Positions 1-11,051 are shown, numbered from the stretch's first letter. The stretch is DNA of 64,000 nucleotides from a bacterium (GCA_963663405.2 CAXXSM010000073.1:32001-96000), one strand, 5' to 3'. Notes: a model not told the origin generated them from the sequence alone. Numbers and translations: made by a program.

Positions 1-1074
1 ATCGAGTTTTTTACTCAACTTACGGGACTGGAATGCTGCAATAATAAATTGACAAGACTGGATCTGTCTAGCAATACCGCCCTTAGAGGCGTTCACTGCT
101 TTAACAATGAATTAAGAGTGTTGAAATTAGGGAAGAATCACGTATTGGCCTGGTTGTATTGCCAGCAGAACCGGCTTACCTCCCTTGATCTCACTCATTG
201 TCCTCAATTAGTTGAACTCAACTGTTCCGCGAATGCGTTGAGCGAACTTGATCTATCTTACAACACGGCGTTGGAAAAACTGGCCTGTGATTCCAATCGA
301 TTAGCGGCTATCGATGTATCCAATAACCCGAATTTGATTACTCTACTCTGTTGTGACAATCGAATCACCGAAATGGATCTTTCAAATAACACAGCATTGC
401 GGCAATTGGTCTGTGGCAAGAACCGGCTTATGAGTCTTGATCTGTTGAAGAATCCATCGTTGGTCTTTCTTTCGTGTTTTGACAATCAAGTAACAAATCT
501 TAATGTATCCTACAATCCAAAATTACGGATGTTGATTTGTCATGGAAATCAGCTGGAGGAACTCGATCTCTCCAACAATCCAATGCTATCCAGTCTTTTC
601 GTTCAGCAAAATCAATTGAAAACACTGGATGTCACGAATAATCCCCAGCTCAATTTATTAGATTGTTCCAATAATTCACTCTCGTTCCTCGATCTCTCCC
701 AGAATGAAAAACTGACCGCTGTACAATGCGCTTCGAATCAATTGGCTGCGCTGGATGTATCCCACAATAGTATACTGAATCGGCTCGATTGCAGTAAAAA
801 CCTGCTTACGGATATCGACTTCACGTCCAATCCGGCTTTACGATCGATTATTCTTGCGTCCAATCAATTTGAAACAATGCCCACGCTTGACAAGCAGAAA
901 TTTTTACAAACGTTTGATATACGGTTTAATCCACTCGATCGCGATGATTGGGATGACATCAAACCATTTGTAAAAGGTTTGCCAAAACCGGTTTTCGACA
1001 AAAGAAGCGCGTTGCAGATGGGATTCGCGTTTACAATGCTGAATGGTCTCGAACCATCGGAATATTCCCAATAG
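1..1074 (+). CDS. Leucine-rich repeat protein (internalin/Bacteroides-type 21-aa LRRs), 5' partial
   Basis: Repeated LxCxxNxLxxLDxSxNxxL units; the frame is open from base 1, so the start lies upstream of the window. Confidence 0.9.
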   Translation: MEFFTQLTGLECCNNKLTRLDLSSNTALRGVHCFNNELRVLKLGKNHVLAWLYCQQNRLTSLDLTHCPQLVELNCSANALSELDLSYNTALEKLACDSNRLAAIDVSNNPNLITLLCCDNRITEMDLSNNTALRQLVCGKNRLMSLDLLKNPSLVFLSCFDNQVTNLNVSYNPKLRMLICHGNQLEELDLSNNPMLSSLFVQQNQLKTLDVTNNPQLNLLDCSNNSLSFLDLSQNEKLTAVQCASNQLAALDVSHNSILNRLDCSKNLLTDIDFTSNPALRSIILASNQFETMPTLDKQKFLQTFDIRFNPLDRDDWDDIKPFVKGLPKPVFDKRSALQMGFAFTMLNGLEPSEYSQ

Positions 1075-1130
1075 AGCGAAGTGGAAAAATCAGAAGTGAA
1101 AAATAATTATTTCAGAAAAAATACCAAAAT

Positions 1131-1154
1131 AGGGACGCGGTTTTCCGCGTCCCT
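1131..1154 (-). terminator. Intrinsic terminator hairpin between convergent genes
   Basis: Perfect stem AGGGACGCGG-TTTT-CCGCGTCCCT followed by a T-rich tract on the minus strand. Confidence 0.75.
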
Positions 1155-1204
1155 GTGGATCTTTCATTTAATCGATTGGATCGCTGACAAGACAATTGAG
1201 TCCG

Positions 1205-1771
1205 TTATTCATCCGTCATTTTCCCGATGATCCGGTAGACGCCGATGAGTTTGGAAGCGGCGAGCGCTTTTTTCAAACCGGAGGGCATGTAGTCTTCATA
1301 AATCTCCGTCGCGGTTTTATCACCTATGCCTAGGCCTTTTTCAATTTCGCCATTCGTTTCGTAGGGACGGACGTAGGTTTCACCATAGATCATCGCCCGT
1401 TTGCTGTATTCGCCGATCTTAATGAGTTTCCCTTGCATGATGATGAGCAAAGGATTATCACTCTCTTTTGTCGCGAGTACAAAAGTTAGAGGTCTCACAC
1501 CTTCCTCGGAAGGGCCGTAATAGAATTTTTCCAATGTGCCTGTGCTGCCCTCAGTAGATGCGGTACCTGTCACCCAGCCTTCAGAATCGACGTTGAAAGT
1601 GAAATCGAATTCCATATCTTCCAATTCACCATCGCGGGTCACATAAGCGGCTTTTCCTTCGCCTTTCCAAGTAAAAGGAACATCCGATTCTTCCTGCGCC
1701 ACACAGGTCATCCCCACAAACAATACGCTTGCAACCATCATTGAAACCAGATACGTCCATTTCTTCATCAT
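1205..1771 (-). CDS. Secreted hypothetical protein, paralog 1
   Basis: AAGGAG RBS before MMKKW; signal-peptide-like N-terminus ending CVA-QE; strongly similar to 1917-2486. Confidence 0.8.
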   Translation of the reverse strand: MMKKWTYLVSMMVASVLFVGMTCVAQEESDVPFTWKGEGKAAYVTRDGELEDMEFDFTFNVDSEGWVTGTASTEGSTGTLEKFYYGPSEEGVRPLTFVLATKESDNPLLIIMQGKLIKIGEYSKRAMIYGETYVRPYETNGEIEKGLGIGDKTATEIYEDYMPSGLKKALAASKLIGVYRIIGKMTDE

Positions 1772-1916
1772 TCTCTCCTTCATTTGTTGATTATTATAAA
1801 AACCTATTTGCATAGGTTTATAATTTTAGTATGTGTTTATTTAGTGATAATAAGAATATGTTATCTTTTTGGTTGAATCAGGGAAAAGGACGTCTGCTAG
1901 AGCCGCCCTATGTTTA

Positions 1917-2486
1917 TCATTCATCGACGATCTTCCCGACGATCTGATAGATACCACTGAGTTTGGAACTGGCGATCGCTTTTTTGAGTCCGGAGGGCAT
2001 ATAGTCTTCATATATCTCCGTCGCGGTTTTGTCTCCTATTGCGAGGCCTTTTTCGATCTCTCCATTCTTTTCATAAGGACGCATATAGATCTCTCCGTAG
2101 GCCATGCTCCGTTTGCTGTATTCGCCGATCTTGATGGCTTTGCCTTTCATAATGATAAGCGCCGGCTCATCGCTGTCTTTGATCGATAGGACCATAATCA
2201 ACGGTCTCACACCATCTTCGGAAGGGCCATAGTAGATTTTTTCCAGCATGGCGCTGTGCTCGCTTTCATCAGCCTCCGCGGCGGAGCCTGTTACCCAGCC
2301 TTCAGAGTCGACGTGGAATTTGAATTCGAATTTTACTTCTTCGATCTCACCATCACCGAAGACTAAACAAGCTCCTCCTTCGCCTTTCCAAGTCAAGGGA
2401 GCTTCTTCTTCCTGCGCCACGCAGGTCATCCCTGTCAGCATCACGCCTGCAATCAATACCGAAAGCATAATTGACCATTTCTTCAT
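1917..2486 (-). CDS. Secreted hypothetical protein, paralog 2
   Basis: AAGGAG RBS before MKKW; shares TWKGEG, VDSEGWVTG, KIGEYSKR and IGDKTATEIYEDYMPSGLKKA with paralog 1. Confidence 0.8.
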   Translation of the reverse strand: MKKWSIMLSVLIAGVMLTGMTCVAQEEEAPLTWKGEGGACLVFGDGEIEEVKFEFKFHVDSEGWVTGSAAEADESEHSAMLEKIYYGPSEDGVRPLIMVLSIKDSDEPALIIMKGKAIKIGEYSKRSMAYGEIYMRPYEKNGEIEKGLAIGDKTATEIYEDYMPSGLKKAIASSKLSGIYQIVGKIVDE

Positions 2487-2753
2487 ATTTCTCTCTCCTT
2501 CAGTCATGTTTTAATGTATCAATATATTTACAATCAATATACAAGAGATTATAGGAACGAATTCAAAGATAAAGGGCCGATAGGCAGATTCTTATGTCTA
2601 TCTGTATCAATACGAGAGATCTTGTCTCAATCTTTATAAGCATCTATTAATATGAATACCTTTCAATCCTTTCATTGTTTTGACGCATAGAATTCGAAAA
2701 ATATTGATTTTATTTCAAGTCAAGGTTTTTTCATTTTGTATGGATGAATGGCA

Positions 2754-5633
2754 TTACTTCAGAATCGAGTTGAAAATTTGAGGATGCTGGTTTCTTGAAA
2801 ATGGAATCAGCCGGAACGCCGCTGTGAGTTCGCGTTCTTTCAACCGTTTCGCCTCCAGTGGGAATAAGGTTTGATGATATTGCGAGCCCAATCCTGCGAC
2901 GGAAGAATTTACACTGACAAGAACGCCTTCCTCTAATCGTTCTAGGCTGATATTTCCCCCGAACATCATAAGGCCTATGCCATTTCCACGCTCATCAGTT
3001 AATGCGAGGAGATCGATTCCACTGCGGTTTCCCTGTAAAAATCGATCTGAAAGAATCCATTGAAATAAACCCCGCTGAGAGAGCCGCTGTTTCCCCGGAT
3101 AGGCGGGAAAGGGTCCGTTTCCCAGCCAAGATATACGATCCAACAAGGGTGGCGCAAGAAATGACAGGCCCGTTTCGAGAAAATATCCATCGCGATTTTG
3201 CGGTTCCAGCGTATAGCGCACATCACAGTATCCGAATGGGGATATGAATAGATCCACATTGGCCCGGCATTCAAGATCAGGATCTGATTCATTGCTAGCT
3301 GCTTGAATGGAACTATAGGTTTCGTTCGTCAATTCCATTTCAATTTCGACATGATTCTCGATTTTTTCCGAGTGGAAGGAATCGATGCGAAGTTTTTTTA
3401 AAAGATAGGGATCAGGCAGCAAGGAACGGCCTTCTTCTTGATAGTGAATGCGATCGGCCCATCCCGGTTCCCGCCCCAGCCGGATGTAGGGGCCACCAGT
3501 AATCAACCGGACGTGACGTTTGGGTGTCATAAGGAACCACTCGCCGGTATGTGGATCGATACGGAGCTGATAGTTGCGGTGATCGATTTGGACCTTTTGC
3601 TGGTTTATTTGGATGCTCCAATCTTTATCCATTCGCAGATCGTCCAACCGCGTCAGAAACGATTCTTCCCATTTCGGTGGCTTCAATCGGACCACATGTT
3701 CATACAAAGAACGTTGCTGTGAGTCAACAAAATGGAGACGTAGCATATATTCATGCCATTCGATATCTTCCGGCAATGTGACAGTGACCGCCATCTCCAT
3801 TTTTTTACCCGGCTCCAGATCGAGAAGCATGTTTCCCCTGTCGATAATCGAATGGTCTTCCATGAGAAACCATTCGATGGAAATATCTCGTAAGTTTTTG
3901 AAATTATAGTGGTTATGGATCGTGATCTCAATTGTATTCAAGCCTGGGATTATAGTTTGTTCATTTTCGAGAATCTGGATGGGGGAATAGATCTGTTTGG
4001 ATTGCCAATAATCTGTTTGCGGCGCCCGGTCAGCATTGACGATTCCATCGGTTCCTTTTTCTTCCTGACTGTCGATTGTCTGATTCCGGCGTAGACCCTG
4101 ATCCGCGAATCGCCAGATCATCCCTCCCGCGAGTGTGCGGTTCTGACGCGCCGTCTCCCAAAGTAATCCTAATCCCTCGAATGTGTCTTCAAGCGCATCC
4201 GCGTATTTCAAAGCGATCACTGGCCGTCCCATTCGGCCAAACCGGCTCCATTCTTCGATGCTGGGAAACAATGGCGCGAGAATATCTATGGCTTTCGGCA
4301 GATTGCGTTCCGCCTTTCCCGGCAGCAGGATTGGCCGTGTTGGATCGGCGCGTTTTACATATTCCACTGATTGCATCGCGTTCTCAACAGACATGGTCTC
4401 ATTGCCCACACTCCATACAATTGCGGCGGCGTGATTTCGCATCGATCGAAGAGTGGTGTCTATCTGTTCCGGCGTCTCGCAGGGCAGAGAACAGACTGCG
4501 TAGATCCCCAATTGTTCGCAAAGATCCAGAAAACCGGGTGAAGGGGGGCTGTTGAGATACCAAACCGCATTGATATTGGCTTCCTGCATCAGCTGAAGAT
4601 CGCGTTTCCATTGCGGCTCACGCATCGCGAAACCGACATCTGGATCGAATCCTTGATAACAGACGCCGCGTAATTTGATTGGCGTTCCATTCAAACGTAA
4701 TTCACCCCGCTGGATATCAATCCAGCGGAGTCCGGCGGGTCGCTCATATTGTTGAATCGGTTCATCGTTCATCATGAGCGTTATATTGAGTGAATAGAGT
4801 ACGGGATTTTCAGCGCTCCATAATTTTGGATCGGAAACGGGGACGAGAAAATTGGCGTGGAGTCTATTTCCTTCGGATTTTAAATAGTTCACCACGATTG
4901 TTCCGGCGGGATTCGCGTCAGGATCATACAATTCCGCTTTCAGCGTAATCCCATCTGTAGGCGCGCCAATCCCCACCGCGGCCAATTCCACACTGCAGTT
5001 CAAACGCGTTGAGCCGGTCTTCTCTTCTCTTTCTGTATGAAAGACGAGATCGTTGATATAAATGTCGGGAACAGAAAGCAGCGATACACTCCGGTGAATC
5101 CCTGAGAACGCCCATGTTTTGGTTTGAGTGTGATTCGGTTTATAGACACGCGCGGCGAGTATATGTTTTTTCGTATTTGAGAGGACATCTGTGATATCAA
5201 ACGGCGTGGGAATCACAGGTGAATCAAGCATTCCTATGGTTTCACCATCTACCCAAAGTTGTATTCCATCCATCGCGCCATCTACTTGCAGAAATACCCG
5301 GCGGTCTTTCCAATTCCGTGGAATTTCAAATTCTTTCCGGTAATACCCAACCGATGGAGATGACATTCCAAAGGAAGGTTCTTCATAACCATACAATTCC
5401 CAATGTCCTGGAACTCGAATCAACGGCCAGTTTTTATCGGAATAGTCCGGCATAAAAAATGTGGAGGTTATCTCTGGATTTTCACGTTCACAGTATTTGA
5501 ATTTCCATTCCCCATTAAGGGAACGATGGAATTGTGGATGGGATTGATCGGGAAGAACGGCGGCAGCGAGAGAGGTATATATGAAGAATATGAAGTAAGT
5601 AAAAATGTGGAGTAATCGTTTCATCGGTTTCAC
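2754..5633 (-). CDS. GH2 beta-galactosidase-like protein (LacZ architecture) with degenerate active site
   Basis: SLNGEWKF, VPGHWEL, PKLWSAENPVLY, LNGTPIKLRGV, WSVGNE, GGMIWRFADQG, WLGNGPFPAYP; signal peptide; nucleophile motif reads IALKYADA. Confidence 0.85.
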   Translation of the reverse strand: MKPMKRLLHIFTYFIFFIYTSLAAAVLPDQSHPQFHRSLNGEWKFKYCERENPEITSTFFMPDYSDKNWPLIRVPGHWELYGYEEPSFGMSSPSVGYYRKEFEIPRNWKDRRVFLQVDGAMDGIQLWVDGETIGMLDSPVIPTPFDITDVLSNTKKHILAARVYKPNHTQTKTWAFSGIHRSVSLLSVPDIYINDLVFHTEREEKTGSTRLNCSVELAAVGIGAPTDGITLKAELYDPDANPAGTIVVNYLKSEGNRLHANFLVPVSDPKLWSAENPVLYSLNITLMMNDEPIQQYERPAGLRWIDIQRGELRLNGTPIKLRGVCYQGFDPDVGFAMREPQWKRDLQLMQEANINAVWYLNSPPSPGFLDLCEQLGIYAVCSLPCETPEQIDTTLRSMRNHAAAIVWSVGNETMSVENAMQSVEYVKRADPTRPILLPGKAERNLPKAIDILAPLFPSIEEWSRFGRMGRPVIALKYADALEDTFEGLGLLWETARQNRTLAGGMIWRFADQGLRRNQTIDSQEEKGTDGIVNADRAPQTDYWQSKQIYSPIQILENEQTIIPGLNTIEITIHNHYNFKNLRDISIEWFLMEDHSIIDRGNMLLDLEPGKKMEMAVTVTLPEDIEWHEYMLRLHFVDSQQRSLYEHVVRLKPPKWEESFLTRLDDLRMDKDWSIQINQQKVQIDHRNYQLRIDPHTGEWFLMTPKRHVRLITGGPYIRLGREPGWADRIHYQEEGRSLLPDPYLLKKLRIDSFHSEKIENHVEIEMELTNETYSSIQAASNESDPDLECRANVDLFISPFGYCDVRYTLEPQNRDGYFLETGLSFLAPPLLDRISWLGNGPFPAYPGKQRLSQRGLFQWILSDRFLQGNRSGIDLLALTDERGNGIGLMMFGGNISLERLEEGVLVSVNSSVAGLGSQYHQTLFPLEAKRLKERELTAAFRLIPFSRNQHPQIFNSILK

Positions 5634-5650
5634 GTACGCTTGGAATGATG

Positions 5651-5677
5651 GAGACCGTATCGGGTTGATACGGTCTC
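5651..5677 (-). terminator. Hairpin downstream of fumC
   Basis: GAGACCGTATC-GGGTT-GATACGGTCTC perfect 11-bp stem; no clear U-tract. Confidence 0.55.
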
Positions 5678-5713
5678 ATTATATACTGTCATGATTGTAT
5701 AAACGATTGATCC

Positions 5714-7105
5714 CTAGCTTTTGGGACCGATCATTTTTTCGGGACGCACGTATTGATCGAATTGTTCTTCTGTCAGGTAGCCTAGTTCAATGGCCGCTTC
5801 TTTAAGGGTGGTGTTGTCTTTATGAGCTTTTTTCGCGATTGCGGCGGCTTTATCGTAGCCGATGTGCGTGTTCAACGCTGTCACCAGCATTAGCGAGCCG
5901 TTCAGATTCTTTTTAATATTAACTTCATTGGGTTCAATGCCCACGACGCAATTCGTACGGAAACTGTCGCAGGAATCGGCCAGTAACCGGATAGATTGAA
6001 GCAGGTTGTAGATCATGACCGGCTTAAAGACGTTTAACTGGAAATTTCCCGATGCGCCCGCGAATCCGATAGCGGCGTCGTTTCCCATGACTTGCACCGC
6101 GACCATGGTGATCGCTTCGCATTGCGTAGGATTTACTTTGCCCGGCATGATGCTGGAACCTGGTTCGTTCGCGGGGATGTTCAATTCACCGATACCACAC
6201 CGGGGACCTGAAGCTGACCAGCGAATATCATTGGCGATTTTGAACAAGGACGCCGCAATTGTTTTAAGCGCGCCGCTCGTTTCGATCATCGCGTCGTGCG
6301 CGGAAAGAGATTCAAACTTATTCTCCGCCGTCACAAAGGAGATGCCGGTTTGTTTCGCGATGTTTTCCGCCGCTTTTTCCGCAAAGCCCGGTGGGGTGTT
6401 GAGACCCGTTCCGACAGCAGTGCCGCCTATCGCCAGTTCGTATAGGTAGGGCAGACAATTCTCGATTCGTTTCAATCCATGCCGCAGCTGCGCCGCGTAG
6501 CCGGAAAATTCCTGCCCTACAGTCAACGGCGTCGCGTCCATTAGATGGGTCCGGCCGATCTTGATGATTGAATTGAATTGTTTCGCTTTCTCTTCGATGA
6601 CTTCCGCTAACGCTGTCACAGCGGGGAGCAACCGGCGGTGGATCTCCATTGCGGCGGCGATATGCATTGCGGCGGGAAATGTATCGTTTGAGGACTGCGA
6701 TTTATTCACATCATCATTAGGATGGATTGGATCTTTACTGCCTCTTTCTCCTCCTGCGAGTTCGATGGCCCGGTTTGAGATGACTTCATTGCTGTTCATG
6801 TTCGTCTGCGTTCCGCTGCCGGTCTGCCAGACGGAGAGAGGAAAATGTTCGTCCAGTTTCCCTTCGATTACCTCATCGGCGGCTTGGACAATCAAGTCTT
6901 TTTTCTCTCTGGGGAGGACGCCCAGTTCTTCATTCACTACCGCGCAGGCTTTTTTCAAGATACCGAACGCTTTGATCATCTCCCGTGGAAAGCGTTCCGT
7001 CCCGATTTTAAAATTCATTATCGACCGGGCTGATTGCGCTCCATAGTACGATTCTTTTGGAACTTGGACTTCTCCCATTGTGTCTTTTTCAATTCGGTAT
7101 TCCAT
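5714..7105 (-). CDS. fumC: Class II fumarate hydratase
   Basis: [15 protein letters not shown] signature, [33 protein letters not shown]. Confidence 0.97.
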   Translation of the reverse strand: MEYRIEKDTMGEVQVPKESYYGAQSARSIMNFKIGTERFPREMIKAFGILKKACAVVNEELGVLPREKKDLIVQAADEVIEGKLDEHFPLSVWQTGSGTQTNMNSNEVISNRAIELAGGERGSKDPIHPNDDVNKSQSSNDTFPAAMHIAAAMEIHRRLLPAVTALAEVIEEKAKQFNSIIKIGRTHLMDATPLTVGQEFSGYAAQLRHGLKRIENCLPYLYELAIGGTAVGTGLNTPPGFAEKAAENIAKQTGISFVTAENKFESLSAHDAMIETSGALKTIAASLFKIANDIRWSASGPRCGIGELNIPANEPGSSIMPGKVNPTQCEAITMVAVQVMGNDAAIGFAGASGNFQLNVFKPVMIYNLLQSIRLLADSCDSFRTNCVVGIEPNEVNIKKNLNGSLMLVTALNTHIGYDKAAAIAKKAHKDNTTLKEAAIELGYLTEEQFDQYVRPEKMIGPKS

Positions 7106-7606
7106 TCTTACCTCCCATTTTTGTTTGGACGAATCTACAAAGCATCCTTATAGTTATTGTTGCACGTTATGATTGTTTGCATGGATCGCTTTGGGCATAT
7201 AAGACGATCATCGGTTCGAAAGAGTTTTTTGTCAATAACGATCGATTCATTTATAGAATCTCAGGTTCCTTTTTTTTCTATTGATTCGATTGAGTTGGCG
7301 ATATATTATCAATTTTTTTAAAAAAAATATAATTATTATTCGATTATTTGTAAAAATTCGTTATAATATATTGAGATTTTGCCATTTATTGATCACGGTT
7401 AGACCAACACCTTTTTATTTGATTAAAATAAGGATGTTATCAATAATTAAATTTTAGGGTATATAATATCAATTTACTCGTTCAGAATAGGAGATGAATC
7501 ATTTCTAATCGCCTGGGAAGATATGAAAAAAACTCACTCTATTCAGGGAATAGTTTTAACATAGAGCAGTTTCTGAAACCGTTTTAGTTAAGGAAGGGAT
7601 TTACAA

Positions 7607-10024
7607 ATGAAACGAATAATACGCAAGGGAGAATCAGCATTGGATTCACGAATCAGGAAAATTGTAACGGTTTGTTTTATATTTTTGTTCATCGTTGGTT
7701 TTTCCATTCCCCTATCCGCCACTGATTCAGATTCGAACCGTCTGCCTTTAGAACCACAAGTCGCTTTGCTGATCGACGCGGGCGCGAATTCGATTATCAA
7801 TTTCGGCGATGGGATTCTGCTGCAAGGTTCCGCGGTCGGTGGAACAGGAAATTATAGTTTCTTCTGGTCGATATTATCCGGTCCGGATCGTTCAAACCAG
7901 CAGTTTACATTAACTACCCATCCCAATCCTTATTTTCTCCCATTTAAGATTGGTGTTTATACCTTGAAACTCAATGTTTCTGATGGAGTGACCAATCTCA
8001 GCGATACAGTGACGATCATTGTAACGGGAATAAACGATGTTGTGGTCTCCCAGGGCCTGGGAGGGCAGACGTTGGTGAATTATCGTAATTTAAATCCCGA
8101 TCAAGGGCCTGTTACATCGATTCTCCGTTCCTTTCGTGGTTGTGGCGGCGCATTCTTGGAAGCGGTCGGCGGGGGGATTGGGCGTATTACCTATGTTTCC
8201 ACCGGTGATGTTAACGGTGATAGTATTCCTGATACGGTTGTGTCGTTCGGTCCCGTCACGGCGGCGGGCGCTGTTTATCCAAACATCATCGTCGTTCGGG
8301 ATGGATTGACTTCCGCTGTGGTGGGGCATAGTTTTCAAGCGTTTCCTACGGGATCGGGGAGTCCTGTGAATTATAACTGGGGTGAAGTGCGAACCGCTGT
8401 AGGCGATTTCAGCGGCGTTGGAAGCGTACAAATCGCGGCCGCGCAGGGATACGGTGGAGACGCCGTTGTCCGGTTGTTCGAATATACGGGCGATCCCGCG
8501 CCAAATGGATGGCAAGTCGTAGGACAGTTCAACGGGTTGGTAGGAAACGCGCAAACAAATAACGCCAAGGGTGGAATCACGCTTGCGGCGGGGGATTTGG
8601 ATGGTGATGGAGATGATGAACTGCTGGTTGGACAGACTAACAGCGGCACATCACAGACGATCTTTCATGTGTTGGATATCCAATCCCATCAAGTCGTAGC
8701 CCGGTATCCCTACGCGGGATTCCAAGAAAAGTACCGGGGCAATGGAGGCGTTGAGTTGGCCGCAATTGATCTTAACGGTGATGGCCGCGACGAGATCCTC
8801 GCCGCCAGCCAAGGGAATGACCGCAACCATGAGGATCAGCGCGACGATGCGCCGATCAACGTGATCAGCGTCATAGAACCTGTTCTGAATGATGGACATC
8901 TCACCGGATTCACCCGCCCTTTACGCAGTGTCATTACAGTATGGAATGAGGATATTAATCCTTCCGGATCGGTTAGTCTAACACGGGCGGAATTGAATGG
9001 CGATCCGACGGATGGCGATGAATTGGTTGTAGGAACAGGGAGTATCGTTTCGGTCAGCGGTACTACTGTATCGGCGAAAGAATTACCTCTGGAATCCCGG
9101 TATCGTTTAATCAAAATCAATTACAGCCCCGGCGCTGTAAATGGTGTCTCGAATGTTATTGGCAGCAATCGAGGGTATATCGCGTATATGGGTGAGACGA
9201 ATCCGAGCAGCGGCTCTATCTATGTGGCTTCCATGAATCCCGCCGCATTAGTGCCGGATGAGCGCGACCGGCCATCGCCAACGCCAACGTTTACACCGCT
9301 TCCGACGGGAACGCCGACCATTACGCCGACCCCGACGCCCACGGCTACATCAACGCCGACACCGACCGCGACCCCGACGCCACTCACGATTGGACAGTGG
9401 GATTTCTCGTATAATTTGGATTCAACCTTTGCGGGTGGTTTTCCCTTGATTCCCAAAGCTGTCGCGCCCGCTGAGACACCTGCGGTGAGCTACATTGAAA
9501 GGACTATCGATCAAGAAAGAGGGACTGTCGCGAATATCAAGCGGGGCACCTATTTCGAGTTGACACACGGATTTGCTCCCAATGGCGGTGGACAAAACGT
9601 CAACCAATATACTTTAGTAATGGATTTCATGCTCTATGAGAATCCCGCGGGCTTTGTTTCCATCTTTCAGGCCGATCCACTTAACAGCAACAACAACGGG
9701 CAGTTGTTCGTCAGTCAGAATGGGATTGGATTCGGTCAGAATTTTGGAGGAACGATTCAAACCATGCGCTGGTATAGGATCGCGTTAGTCGTGAACGCGC
9801 CGGGTGGGTATTTATTATGCTATATTAACGGAGAGAAAGAACTGACGGTCCAATCCGTTGCGATCGATGGCCCCTGGTCATTGGAATCGACCGCCTTGCT
9901 CTTTGCGGATAATAATGAGCTGAACGCAAGTCTTTATGTCAATAGCGTTCAAATTAGAGATCACCTCCTTGATTCCGACTCCATCCGAGCGCTGGGAGGC
10001 CCCCAAGCGGCGGGAATTCCATAA
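7607..10024 (+). CDS. Secreted modular protein: PKD/Ig-like domain, FG-GAP-like Ca-binding repeats, Pro-Thr linker, LamG/concanavalin-like C-terminal domain
   Basis: GVYTLKLNVSDG; GDVNGD, GDLDGDGDDE and DLNGDGRDE repeats; PTPT linker; WYRIALVV...YING. Confidence 0.75.
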   Translation: MKRIIRKGESALDSRIRKIVTVCFIFLFIVGFSIPLSATDSDSNRLPLEPQVALLIDAGANSIINFGDGILLQGSAVGGTGNYSFFWSILSGPDRSNQQFTLTTHPNPYFLPFKIGVYTLKLNVSDGVTNLSDTVTIIVTGINDVVVSQGLGGQTLVNYRNLNPDQGPVTSILRSFRGCGGAFLEAVGGGIGRITYVSTGDVNGDSIPDTVVSFGPVTAAGAVYPNIIVVRDGLTSAVVGHSFQAFPTGSGSPVNYNWGEVRTAVGDFSGVGSVQIAAAQGYGGDAVVRLFEYTGDPAPNGWQVVGQFNGLVGNAQTNNAKGGITLAAGDLDGDGDDELLVGQTNSGTSQTIFHVLDIQSHQVVARYPYAGFQEKYRGNGGVELAAIDLNGDGRDEILAASQGNDRNHEDQRDDAPINVISVIEPVLNDGHLTGFTRPLRSVITVWNEDINPSGSVSLTRAELNGDPTDGDELVVGTGSIVSVSGTTVSAKELPLESRYRLIKINYSPGAVNGVSNVIGSNRGYIAYMGETNPSSGSIYVASMNPAALVPDERDRPSPTPTFTPLPTGTPTITPTPTPTATSTPTPTATPTPLTIGQWDFSYNLDSTFAGGFPLIPKAVAPAETPAVSYIERTIDQERGTVANIKRGTYFELTHGFAPNGGGQNVNQYTLVMDFMLYENPAGFVSIFQADPLNSNNNGQLFVSQNGIGFGQNFGGTIQTMRWYRIALVVNAPGGYLLCYINGEKELTVQSVAIDGPWSLESTALLFADNNELNASLYVNSVQIRDHLLDSDSIRALGGPQAAGIP
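9272..9382 (+). repeat. Pro-Thr low-complexity linker (ACGCCG-type codon repeats)
   Basis: PSPTPTFTPLPTGTPTITPTPTPTATSTPTPTATPTP. Confidence 0.9.
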
Positions 10025-10046
10025 ATCGCAGGAAAGCGCTGACGAT

Positions 10047-10526
10047 ATGAATATAGATTCAATCAATATGTACGCCCGTGAAGTGACCGATCCAGCGACA
10101 CGGATGAACGTCGCCGTGGGAGCGATTGTAACGGACGCGGCGGGCAGGATACTGTTGGAACAACGCAGCGATAATGGAATGTGGGGGATTCCTGGTGGAA
10201 TGATGGATGTGGGAGAGACGATCCTTGAAGCGGGAATTCGTGAAGTGAAAGAAGAGACCGGGCTTGATGTAAGGATTACCGGCTTACTCGGTGTCTATTC
10301 TGACCCCACTGATGGATGCGTCGTGAACTATCCAAAAGCCCCTCATCCCTGGCATATCATCACCATCGCGTTGATCGCCGAAATCATAGGCGGAGAATTA
10401 ACGATCAGTGATGAAAGTCTCACGTTAAGATTCTTTGAACCGGACGCTTTGCCGGACGAGATTATCCCTCCATTACTCCGCCCGGTAGATGATTTTGTGC
10501 GGGGGCGGAGGAATGTGATTCGGTAG
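10047..10526 (+). CDS. NUDIX hydrolase
   Basis: Nudix box GGMMDVGETILEAGIREVKEETGL; start chosen downstream of the preceding gene. Confidence 0.9.
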   Translation: MNIDSINMYAREVTDPATRMNVAVGAIVTDAAGRILLEQRSDNGMWGIPGGMMDVGETILEAGIREVKEETGLDVRITGLLGVYSDPTDGCVVNYPKAPHPWHIITIALIAEIIGGELTISDESLTLRFFEPDALPDEIIPPLLRPVDDFVRGRRNVIR

Positions 10527-10685
10527 TACACAAAAATGGAGATGTATTTTTCTGGAGAGAAGGATTAGAAGAATAAACTTATGGTATTCTAATTGATCAG
10601 CGGCCAGAAATGTAGGATTTCTCCCTCGTTATGCGGCGCTTGCTAGGAGTATATGTTAACAGTTCGATTTTACTGTTTCATCCTA

Positions 10686-11051
10686 TTAACTCACAGGTAA
10701 ATACAGGATAAGGTCTTGATATTCATGTGGGGCTGATGCTTCCCAAATCAAGATGAGTTCTTCGACAGTTTCACCAATACTCATGTTGGGATTGAGTTCC
10801 AATATGCCTGGAATATGTCTTCCTTTCGCAAGATGATCGGCGAGATGTTCCGGCATTGATTTGCGATTATTGGTAACCAGAGAGAATCCATTGTCCTCAC
10901 ACCAGTCTAAGATATCCGGATCTTTTGCGCCTACTGAGGGGACACCAGGATCGCCAATCTTCCATGCGATGATCGCCGAATTTTTCTGCAATAACGCTCT
11001 TCGAAACGCGGAATCAACGTTCTCATCAAATAAGTACCGAATCTCATTCAT
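10686..11051 (-). CDS. DUF5615/VapC45-like PIN-fold toxin
   Basis: YLFDENV, DPDILDW, LVTNN, HIPGI; ATGA overlap with the upstream DUF433 gene. Confidence 0.85.
   Translation of the reverse strand: MNEIRYLFDENVDSAFRRALLQKNSAIIAWKIGDPGVPSVGAKDPDILDWCEDNGFSLVTNNRKSMPEHLADHLAKGRHIPGILELNPNMSIGETVEELILIWEASAPHEYQDLILYLPVS

Noticed and set aside
1-1074. CRISPR-like or DGR-like repeats
   Set aside because: The periodicity is 63-bp coding LRR units; there are no identical repeats with unique spacers and no reverse transcriptase in the window
1205-2486. DGR template/variable repeat pair
   Set aside because: Both copies are full ORFs with differences at all base types, which is ordinary gene duplication
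10635-10665. dif/pdif site (ATATGTTAAC resembles a XerD arm)
   Set aside because: No recognisable XerC arm at the 6-bp spacing
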